Shown piece after piece: positions 12,630-22,611 of a stretch of DNA of 64,000 nt (within the stretch, counting starts at the first letter, position 1; every line of letters begins with the position of its first letter). The DNA is from Vicugna vicugna (Eukaryota): positions 2,265,599 to 2,329,598 of the forward strand of contig MU058584.1 of NCBI GenBank assembly GCA_013265495.1. Direction: 5' to 3'. A program made the position numbers and the translations under genes. The notes under the pieces were generated by a model. It was not told the DNA's origin. It searched no databases and saw only the letters and a program-made list of their open reading frames with translations.

Positions 12630-12812
12630 TAATAGCAATAATACAAGCATTGTTATAATACTTTTCAGCATGCAAAGGACTTTTCATATACATTATCTCA
12701 ACTTTCACCCTTACAATAACTCTGAATAGATAAGTTTTATTTTTCTTGGTTTACAGATTGGAAAAGAAACTTAGAGAGGTTAAACAACTTAACAAAATCT
12801 CAATTCAAATCC
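12630..12812 (-). mobile_element. MIR SINE
   Basis: TTTACAGATTGGAAAAGAAACTTAGAGAGGTTAAACAACTT resembles the reverse-strand MIR core. Confidence 0.65.
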
Positions 12813-12820
12813 AGTGTGAA

Positions 12821-13105
12821 TGTATTAGGATTAGGTTCAACTGTAACAGAAACCATGTGCACCCCATTTCAAGAAACATAAGATAAGTGTGACCTTTTTG
12901 ACATCTTCATGATCCAAAATGGCTACTAGAGTGCCAGCTATCCCATATGCATCCCAGGCATCAGAATGGAAGAAGGGTGGACTTACTCTCTTTTAAGAGG
13001 ACTTTGTAGAATATTACTCATACTTCTGCTTGTATCCCATTGATTAGGACTTTCCGCTATGACCATATTTAATTATAAGAGAGCGTTGGAAATGTAGCTA
13101 GGTGG
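12821..13105 (-). mobile_element. MLT1-family (ERVL-MaLR) solo LTR fragment
   Basis: Starts TGTATTAG. Contains CAAAATGGCTACTAGAG-CCAGC, ACTTCTGCTTGTATCCCATTG and GGAAATGTAG, typical of old MLT1J/K/L-type LTRs. Confidence 0.6.
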
Positions 13106-13311
13106 AAATGTTTCAGCTGTCTTAGAAACAGGGCACGTTTCTGAAATGGCACTGCACTTGGGTTTAGAAGTCAGAAGTGCCTTAGCTCACAAGTTTATCT
13201 TGACCAGATAAGATAGACTGGGTAGTCATTTTTATTGTCTAGATCTGATTTGGAACATGGGTGTCGTATTACACCAGAGAACCTGTGTGCTAATAAAGGC
13301 AAAGGGAAATC

Positions 13312-13736
13312 TTTTGTTTGTTTGTTTGTTTGTTTTTTATTGAAGCGTAGTTGACTTACAATGTTAGTTTCAGATGTACAGTAAAGCAATTCAGTTATAC
13401 ATATACATACATATGTATTTTTTTCAGATTCTTTTCCATTATATGTTATTATAAGAAACTGAATATAGGTCTCTGTGCTCTACAGTAGGTCCCTGTTGTT
13501 TATCTATTTTATGTACAGTAATGTGTATCTGTTAATCCCAGACTTGTAATTTAGCCCTCCTTTGCCCTTTTTCCTTTGGTAACCATAGTTTGTTTTCTAT
13601 GTCTGTGAGTCTATTTCTTGTTTGTAAATAAGATTTGTTGGTTTTTTTTTTTAATTTCCACATATAAGTGATAATCATATGATATCTGTCTGTCTGTCTA
13701 ACTTACTTCACTTAGTACGATAATCTCTAGATCCAC
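13312..13736 (-). mobile_element. 5'-truncated L1 3' UTR (Cetartiodactyla-type), antisense to PBX1
   Basis: Tail-derived (TTTG)n followed by TTTTATTGAAGCGTAGTTGACTTACAATGTT...CTTACTTCACTTAG...TAATCTCTAGATCCA. Flanked by AAAGGCAAAGG at 13295 and 13737 (probable TSD). Confidence 0.9.
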
Positions 13737-15229
13737 AAAGGCAAAGGCAAGTGTTGATTGTGTTAATGAATGTTCACTAAATTGGTGTAACCCAACATAT
13801 TCATGATGGGGCACATCAGGAAAAAGGAGGTGTGTTATGCTTCGAACAGCAACACTAAAAAGGGTCTGGCTCTAATCACATCACAAGTGGCCAATCCGTG
13901 GAGGATAAGACCTTCAAACTCTGTTGTAAATTCTTAAAGATGACTTTGTGTGTTCCCAGTAAAGGTTTTTGTTGTGGTTGTTTTGTTTTGTTTTGTTTTG
14001 TTTTTCAAATATGTAGCTACTTAATGCCCATGTTCCCTTGGTATTTCTTCCACTTTAATCATAAAAGAATGGTTTAAAGGGTTGTGGAGATTTATAGGAA
14101 TCAGCTCCTCAGTTCTTCTAATGCCAGTGGTCAAGGAACCCAAATGTTCCCTATGGCCTCAGTGGAGACGGCTTCTCACTACCAACTTTATTTCCAGAGG
14201 AGGGAGAAAAAAATCCAAATCTTCAAGTGCTTGGGGATGTACTTTTTGCTCTGGAGCCCAAATATCCCTCCAGTCCTTGTCCATGAGCTAAGCAAGTATG
14301 CATCTTCCCCCAGCCCTTTGTCACTTGCATCAGCTGCTTTAAGAGCTTTGGGAGACAGACTACACACATCACATCTCAGAGGTACTGACGGCCGGCTGGT
14401 GGCTCTCATTTATTTATATTTTTAAAAGAATGAGATGAAAATCGGGTACCTATACATTCCTGATGGGAGGCATTTTGTGTGTGTTTGTGTATCTGTGTAT
14501 AATATTTCACATTGTATATCACTTTAACCTCTTAATATGATTTTCCTTAAGTCACCCATCTATATAGAATATTTGACAGTGTAGCTTGCTCTAATATTTT
14601 TGTCGCAGTAATGTGAGGATGACCACATTACTCATGAGTGAACACTGCTGGTCTCTTCAGAATGTCAGGAGGAACTTTATGGTGCTGCCTGCACCGTCAC
14701 ATATTTTATTTAGACCACAGATGTTTGGCCCCATAATTCAGTTGTCTTCTTTTGTTACATTTTCAGCTGCATGGTTTTCTTTTGCCTTTATAAGTCTATT
14801 GGAATTTGTCTAAAAAGCTCTACCTGTGTGGAAAAATATTTTATTAATTGTGGCAACTTTGGTACACAAATCTCTATATGTAGATTATATAATTTGAAAT
14901 GCGTTGCAGTGAAATGTTGCTAGATACAAAACTTTTTTCACAATCCTATATAAAAAATTTGGATTAGTATATTTCTTTACCATTATTGAAACTACTGTCT
15001 GGGTTTATGATATCTAAAGACACTGTTGTTCTAGCTTAAGGCTTTTGTATCATTTCTGTAATTCAAGTTGTCATACTTATAATTCTTCTGTGAATTGAGC
15101 TTCTACCTTTGAGAAGGAGTTTTCCAGCTTGGCCAGACAGATATCCATAGAGTTACAGATTTAAATACTTTACTCCCACTCTGGCCTTTCTTGCAAGGTT
15201 GTGTCTTCCAGTGACCACATATACAGTCA

Positions 15230-16160
15230 TCAATAGTAAGACATACAAGGGGCCAAAAGGCACATGAAAAAATACTCCATAGCGCTAATTATCAGAGAAA
15301 TGCAAATCAAAACTGCAATGAGGTATTGCCTCACACCAGTCAGAATGGCCATCATTGAAAAATCCACAAATGACAAATGCTGGAGAGGCTGTGGAGAAAG
15401 GGGAACCCTCGTACACTGCTGGTGGGAGTGTAGTTTGGTGCAGCCATTGTGGAAAACAGTATGGAGATTCCTTAGAAAGATAAAACATGACTTACCATAT
15501 GATCCAGCAATCCCACTCCTGGTCATATATCTGGAAAAGACAGAAACTCTAATTCAAAAAGATACATGCACCTCAGTACTCATAGAGCACTATTTACAAT
15601 AGCCTGGACATGGAAACAACCTAAATGTCCATGGACAGATCACTAGATAAAGAAGCTGTGCTGTGTTTATACAATGGAATACTACTCAGCCATAAAAAAG
15701 AATAAAATAATGCCGCTGGCAGCAACATGGATGGAACTGAAGATTGTCGTTCTAAGTGCAGTAAGCCAGAAAGAGAAAGAAAAATACCATATATCACTTA
15801 TATGTGGAATCTAAAAAAAAGACACAAATGAACTTATTTACAAAACAGAAACACACTCTAGACATAGAAAACAAACTTATGGTTATCAGGGTGGGGAAGA
15901 GGGTAGGAAGGGATAAGTTGGGAGTTTGAGATTTGCAGATACTAACTACTCTATATAAAATAAATAACAAGTTCATACTGTATAGCACAGGGAACTATAT
16001 TCAGTATCTTGTAGTAACTTATGGTGAAGAAGAGTATGAAAACGAATATGTATATGTATATGTATGACTGATACATGCTGTACATCAGAAATTAATACAT
16101 TATAAACTGAATATACTTCAATAAAAAATAAAATATAGATATAAAAAAGGAAAAAAATAA
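15230..16160 (+). mobile_element. 5'-truncated LINE-1 (ORF2 C-terminus, 3' UTR and A-rich tail), sense to PBX1
   Basis: ORF 15264-15602 reads IIREMQIKT...[18 protein letters not shown]...PYDPAIPLL, the L1 ORF2p Cys-rich C-terminus. It is followed by an L1 3' UTR, AATAAA at 16120 and an A-rich tail. Confidence 0.95.
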
Positions 16161-16242
16161 TATATGGGTATTGATTTAACACTCAGTTTTAGAAACATAC
16201 ATATATAATGTCTTGACAGAAAGTGACAGACAAGAAAAAGAC

Positions 16243-16247
16243 TATAC

Positions 16248-16292
<45 letters not shown>

Positions 16293-16321
16293 TTACATTA
16301 CATTATATATATATATATATA
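16243..16321. repeat. Compound (TACA)n/(TA)n/(CA)n microsatellite
   Basis: Read directly from the sequence. Confidence 0.9.
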
Positions 16322-16664
16322 GTCCTGCTCTTAATTAATCCATGATTTTGTCACTGCTCAGCAAGGTTAAGTGCTATCTTTTTAAAAAATTGTCCTGGGT
16401 GTATTATATCTGCGTGTGTGTATGTGTGTGTACGCGTGTACATGCACACATGTGCAGTAGGGTGGGTGCTCAAAGTTTTTTTCTGGTTGATTTGTTTTGG
16501 AAACTTGGACAGGGAAGGGGGAACTTGGCCTCGTCCGTGAAGATGATTGGCTCCTGATAATGGCTCTTCTGGTGCCAAATTCAGGGCCAGGAGGCGGCAA
16601 ACAGCTCCTGGAGGCCTAACCGTTCAAAGTGAAGTTCATCTAGGAAAAGTCAGGGGGAAGGCAG

Positions 16665-16900
16665 CTCACACTTACCGGATGCCGTCTATGTGCCAAGTGC
16701 TAGTCTGCTGACTTCACCCGTTAACTTGTTTAAAACTGACAGCAGTCCTGTGAGATAAATGGGATTCTTCCCAGTTTAAAAAGGAGGAAACATACTGGGG
16801 CTTTGAGATGCTAACTGACTCGCCTGGAGTCAGACAGCTAATAAGAGGCAGAGGATTCAGAATTTACCTTTGGCTTGTCTGACTATGAAACCATCTCATT
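16665..16900 (-). mobile_element. MIR SINE
   Basis: CTATGTGCCAAG...CCTGTGAGATAAATGGGATTCTTCCCAGTTTAAAAAGGAGGAAAC...GTCAGACAGCTAATAAGAGGCAGAG. Confidence 0.65.
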
Positions 16901-17529
16901 TCCCCATTTCCAGGGTACCATGGAAACCTGTGTCACTGTGAGTCAGATACACTCTGTCAGGTTGTGAAATGCCCCTTAAAATACTGTCACATGAACGCGT
17001 CGCCATGGCATTACGAGCTGTACTCTGCTTACCTTGTTGGACTAAATTAGAAAGTCTTTATGAACCTGTCCCCTGCTCCTAGCAAAATCCCAAATGCTGT
17101 TGGGGTGCGAGAGAAGGGCAAGGTGTGGTCCCTGCCCTCAGGTGGGTAACTCCCAGTGGTAGTGAGAAAGCCGTGTGCAGAACAGCGGACGGCCGTGCCG
17201 ATTTTTAATAGATCTGTGACTTGTAGGTAACAGTAACTATGGAGCTATTTGCGTTCATTCAGAGAAGATACCCAGAAGCCAAGAAGGGGGAGATTCATCC
17301 ATGTTGAACTGAACAGAACCTAGAAGGGCACTTTAAATGTGGCTGGATGGAGGGCTGGAGAGAAGACGCTACAGGGACAGCTGGACTGAGCACTGACTGT
17401 GGAAATGTGAAGCATCGCCACTCACAGATACAAGAGCACCATCTGCCTGGCCTGGCCCCTTACGATTTTCAGAGCACTTACATTTCCTTCTCTCATTCAT
17501 CCTCACTTCTTCTCTTATTGAGGTACAAA

Positions 17530-17745
17530 CGTTATTAATATCATCACCACCACCAACATCGTCTCCCATTTACGGACGAGGAACACCCCCCAGCACTGGC
17601 CCAGGCGCCTCCTGTGCTCTGCGAGGGGCTCTGGGAGGAACCCAGGAAAGACCCAGAAGCCGAGAGGGGATCAGCACCGCGCTGGCTCAAGGTCACGCAG
17701 CTGGTGAGAAACAGAGTCTTGGCCTTGCCCCGCGCCTTCTGATCC
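17530..17745 (-). mobile_element. MIR SINE, degenerate or interrupted
   Basis: CCCATTTACGGACGAGGAA...GCTCAAGGTCACGCAGCTGGTGAG. Confidence 0.5.
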
Positions 17746-18048
17746 CAGCTTCGGTATCAAAAGTAAGGGCGCTTCTGAGAGTCTGATGGTCTCGATCCGG
17801 GGGGTTCCAGTTTATGAACGGGTTGTAGTCCAGATACTTTTTTACTTTTTAAAAATCCCACTTTTCCCCTCTCATAACCTCCAGTAACACAGTTTCCCAG
17901 AGTCTTATCCAGCTCGATCCCCTGGCCCAAACCTGGCTGCCTGGGGTAGGACAGACTGTGCCTTGAGGGTGATGCTCACATTCTATTTCAATTATACCCG
18001 GTCGCCATTTAGAAAATAGTTTCTTCATAAGAAAACACGTTCTGAGAA

Positions 18049-18211
18049 CAGGGCTGACTGTATGATGCTGGGAGTCCCGTACAACACAAACATGTGAACC
18101 CTGCGATCAAAACGTGTTAAGAATTTCAAGATGGCGACATCAGAGCATTAAACCAGACGCAGGGACCTTCTGAGCGTGACCACACGGGTCTCGTCCATGA
18201 AGCCAGCCCTG
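18049..18211 (-). mobile_element. MER91A-like hAT-Tip100 MITE
   Basis: Termini CAGGGCTG...CAGCCCTG. The internal TTAAGAATTTCAAGATGGCGACATCAGAGCATTAAACC...CCTTCTGAGCG...CCATGAAGCCAGCCCTG matches the reverse complement of the recalled MER91A consensus. Confidence 0.75.
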
Positions 18212-18989
18212 AGTCGGGGTTTGTCTTAGAATACTTTTTATCCTAGAAGCTTTATCAGGACCACCCAGAGCAGGGAGTTGAGGAGGCATATGCCTGTGTA
18301 AGGGATGGGCAGGAGCAGGGTTCGCGCTGCGGGAGGGAGGTGGTGTCTGGCATCTGCTTGCCTGTGGAGATGTACCAGGAACGTGTTAACTCTCCGTCGC
18401 CTAAGGAAAGCTATCTCTTTATTAGTCATTCCTGAGGAATTCTGACTTGGAGCAGAGGAGAGAATGGAGAAGTGGGAGGCAGCACAAACATCAAAAAATG
18501 TACTCACGGCCAACTCAGATTTGGTTCATTTTCAAGTTTGTAAGTTTATTATTATAAGCGTAGATCAGGCCCGTCCTTACGGAGAAGTCCCGGCACCTTC
18601 CACGTATATTTCCAGCACAAAAACAGATGGGATAGAAACTTACACAAAAATCACATCTGCCACTCTGGACAATTAAGTAAAACACGAAATCGCAGCGAAA
18701 ACCACGGGGTTTTTAAATAGAACAAGATTTCAAATGAAGGACTCATGTTATTGAACAGGAATGTGGTTTAACTCTACACCTTCTGAAGGAGGAGGGTATT
18801 TTTTGATCTTTTTCTATTTGTGTGTGTATATATATATATATATTTTTTTCCTCCTCTTTCTCCTTTATATCAGTAAATGTGCCCACTTAACAAAGACAAC
18901 TTTCTCATTCAGGGACAGGCTAAGCCAAAATTTAGTCCTCTTTTGAATCATACTATCAAAGGGGACATGAAGAGGGGAGGAGAAACTCC

Positions 18990-19150
18990 TAACATTTATT
19001 CCACACACGCCAGGTGCTAGGGTCTCCCCAGACATATAGACAGAGAGCCCTGCCGACTTTATTTTACAATTGAAGAAACAGGCTCTGAGGCGTCACCCAG
19101 GCTGTCCCACCAATAAGTAATAGAGCTTGGATGTAGATTCTCAGTGCAAA
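18990..19150 (-). mobile_element. MIR SINE
   Basis: AACATTTATT...GCCAGG...ATTTTACAATTGAAGAAACAGGCTCTGAG...AATAAGTAATAGAGC. Confidence 0.55.
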
Positions 19151-21780
19151 GCTGTATCGTCTCCATGCACCAGATGACCCCTCCTATTTGAAATTCCAAG
19201 ACAGGGAGCCCGAGGTGTAGCGAGGAACAGGACCTACAAAGGAAGCCAGCCTCTCAACCTTGCAGGAAGCTTGTCACCTTGTCATCCAAGGGCGGCCCTT
19301 GTCATTAATATTCACTTGGTGGTCCTTATGGAGGCTGAGTACTGCTTTATAACTTTGCTTTTACCCCCTTAAATGTTTCTGAAATGTGACCTGGATTTAT
19401 AGCTCACATCACCTCCCCAACTGTGGGAAGCCCAGTGGTTCCTGCCAGCAGGGACAGTCGCCTTGGGCCGAATGTGGCCCGGTCACGCGAAAAGCATATC
19501 AACTCTTCCACCAAAGAGACGTACCTTTCTTGCCACTCTCTCTGTACCGTCTACGCTGCCTCACTTTCCCGCTTCGGACCCGGAGTCTCGTCAACCTGTT
19601 TGTGGCAGATAAGAGCATGTCCGCTCAGATTGATTTAAACATCAGATCCATTGCCTCAGCTTGCATGTATGTTTGACTCCGTTACAAATGACTTGAATTT
19701 GCCAGCTAAAGGTTTGGGAGGGTCATGAAGAATCTCACAGAGGTTGAAGGAGACTCTGGCCCAAACTGTACTTGTACTCTGGCTTCATTTCATTTCCTGG
19801 CCCCTGCAGAGCTGAGTTTAGGATACAATCCCCCTTTAACTTCAGAAACAGCTCCATCTGTGACGTAGGCCCTGAGGGGGATGACGTGAAGCAGGGGAAG
19901 ACGGGGGCTCAGGAGACCCTATAAGGAAGAGGACACCGTGCCCCTCATTGAGGCACCTGGGTCACGCTTGTTTCTTCATCCCTCACCTAGTGGAGTCTCA
20001 CTGTGTCACTTATTAAATGGGCCCCACAGAACTGGTCCTGCCGTAAGCATCCGATGAGCTGTCGTGTGTCCCTACCCAAATGCAAATAGTATCATCATGA
20101 CCAGGAAGCTGGAGTCTGAGTTGGAAATCCAGGAAACGTGTGCCAAGGATGGACCTTGAGCCAATTTTTAATACTCTGGCACTAAATGGAATAGTTTATG
20201 AATAACCATTATATACATGATGAAACACTTGATTGTTGAAAGGGATTTGGGTCCAGTTGTGGCCATCACTCCCCACTTGCTTCAGCCTGTACAAAAGTCA
20301 GGGTCTGTGTATCCCCCAGACCCTCCTCTTGCCTGCACCTCCTCCACCTCCCTACCTCTGTCCTCCCTCCTCCAGCTCCCGGCACAGTGACTGGCTTGAC
20401 ACCAGTCCATCCCCTGCATGTACACAGACAGTCCGTGCTTCTCTGAATATCAGGGCGGCAGCCCAGCCTTGTGCAAAGACCGTGGACTCTGAGGAACTGG
20501 ACTTGAGTGAACTGTGTGAACCTGGACTGATTTCAACCTCTCTGAGCCAGTTTCCCCCCAAATGGGTATCCAAGATCAATTTCTGAAGATTGAAGTGAGG
20601 CTCGGATGAGATCATGTAGGTGAGATCATTTGAAAGCTCGTGGTAGAGTGTAAACTTCTAGAGCAGAAAAGACGTCCAGTTCTATTCAGAGGTTCTCTGA
20701 CGAGCTCTTCCTGTTTAGAAAGTGGCTGGTTTTCCAGAGATGTGACTTTGAATAACTAAGACCTTCTAAAAGGCCCTAAAGAACTCTCTGTGTCCCATCT
20801 GTGCTTTCTATAAAGTCAAGTGACTTGCCCAAGATCACAAAGATCAAGTGTGGCTAACCAAGGACCACGGATCTTACGTAAAAGCCAGAGCTTTTCCTGC
20901 TGGAGTCACCCACCTTTTGCTGGTGACACCACTACAGCACCCCCTGTGCTGGTGCTGCCTTGGCCTCACAGGCTGTTGGCCGTTTCCTCCCCGTATGACC
21001 GGCCGGCTGGGGCCGTTCCCCTGCCCTTTTTCTGCCCTGCTTCCTGGCCCGGACGTCTTGCAGACGATGTCTGCGGCTGTCCTGCGTCTCTGGGCGCCCC
21101 GTTGTCCAGGGCCTTCCATCGGGTGTGCCAGGCAGCCATCCTCCTTGCCAGTCTCTGCTGTGGTTTCTATAACTCATCACCATCTCCACCAGCCTACACT
21201 GCCGGCTTGGAGACTCTTCAAGCCAAGTGTCTAAGTCCCAGTATTCCTGTGTCTTTTGATGTCCCTGAATCCCCTTACTCAGCTGTGCAGTGAGGATCTT
21301 GGTGTTTATGACACAGGCCTGGGAGATGTGCAGAGGAGGTGAGGAGGGCTCCAGCCTCTGAGAGAGGCACACAGGCCAGTACCAGCAACGCTCCTGCGTC
21401 CTCGCATTCCAGGCTGCTGCGTGTGCTGTTTGGCTGGTCCCTTTCAAAGGCAAGGCCAGTTAAAAAGTAGGTACCTCTTGAGGCTGTTGCCTTAAGAGCC
21501 CAGCTTTCACAGGAGGGGCACACCTCACCTCCCCCAGCCCCTGCCACCGGCCTCCTGGGAGCCCTCCTCCACCTCTGTCCTCCTTCTCCCCCAAAACCTT
21601 GAGGGTTTGGAATACTTCAGAGCTGCCGGGGGAATCTCAGAGTTTATTGCTTTTTTCTTCGGGATTGGAATAGCTCCAACTAGCTTTTTTTTAAAAAACA
21701 AAGAAGTGCTTTTTGCTTATTATCAAAAGGAGAATGGAGTATTCCTGCCACTAAATGAGAACTTGAGATCTTTCTTGCCC

Positions 21781-21782
<2 letters not shown>

Positions 21783-21818
<36 letters not shown>

Positions 21819-21822
21819 GTGT
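21783..21822. repeat. (GT)15 GC (GT)4 microsatellite
   Basis: Read directly from the sequence. Confidence 0.95.
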
Positions 21823-22565
21823 ATAGAGGTAGGGGGGAGTCAAAGCCAAAGCTCTGCCCGTGTTCTGAACCTTACCGAGGAGGGCAGGCTGCCTCTCATC
21901 AAAGGCAGGCGATCTGTAATTAGCTGCCTGCTCCGTCTCATGTCTGTAGGGTTCTATTGTCTGTCAGTCTGTCTCTTGTCTGCAAGCAGCATTTGTTTGT
22001 CTGGAGTGCAGAGCTCCCCAAACTTGACAATTGTTATGGTCTTTCTGCCTTTTCTCTTAAACAGCTTTTTTAAAGCCCCCAGAGACCCTTAAAAAAAAAG
22101 AATGCAAATGGAAATTAACGTTGGAAGCTGAAACAAACATCTTGTGAGTCATGAGATCCTGGCCACACTGGGACAAACTTTTTTATTTTGGGTAATATTT
22201 CTTCTTTGGCATTTATTACACCTCTGTTAAACACAGCTCATGTGACACAGTGTTACTCATAGGCAATCAGAGAAAAAGCTGAAAGTTGAGCCATCGGTAG
22301 GGCAGGGCAACTTATTGTTAATAGCAGCCATTAAAGCTGAAAGGAAAAATCACCCATCTGCCCCACCAGACCTGTCTGCCCAAGGGAAGGGGGGCTGGGC
22401 AAACTGGAAGGAAGGAGGCTGGGACCCAGAAACCCGAGATCCGTGTAGGGGAGGGTAGAGCTGAATTCAAGTGTGAGCCCTGCCTCAACAATAGGAAAAA
22501 CACCACCGATCTCAAGCTCTCAAGCAGCACTTCTGCCCGGTCACCCTTGTTCATGAAAGCGCCTG

Positions 22566-22611
22566 ATGGCTCTGACCCAAAGGTCTGCTGCAGGATTCGT
22601 TTTAGCTCCAG
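22566..22611 (+). CDS. Putative alternative first coding exon of PBX1 (MALTQRSAAGFVLAP, in frame with exon 3)
   Basis: ATG at 22566 (+4 G) with an in-frame upstream TGA at 22554. There are 15 open codons plus 1 nt, then the donor CCAG|GTAGGA. Phase 1 is what exon 3 requires (G|TT = Val). No transcript evidence is available here. Confidence 0.45.

Noticed and set aside
15264..15602. Active L1 or a domesticated ORF2 protein
   Set aside because: It is a 5'-truncated C-terminal fragment with no EN or RT domain, and the frame breaks near 15590.
16907..16926. 20-bp imperfect palindrome TTTCCAGGGTACCATGGAAA
   Set aside because: It is short and has a mismatch, so it is plausible by chance in 64 kb.
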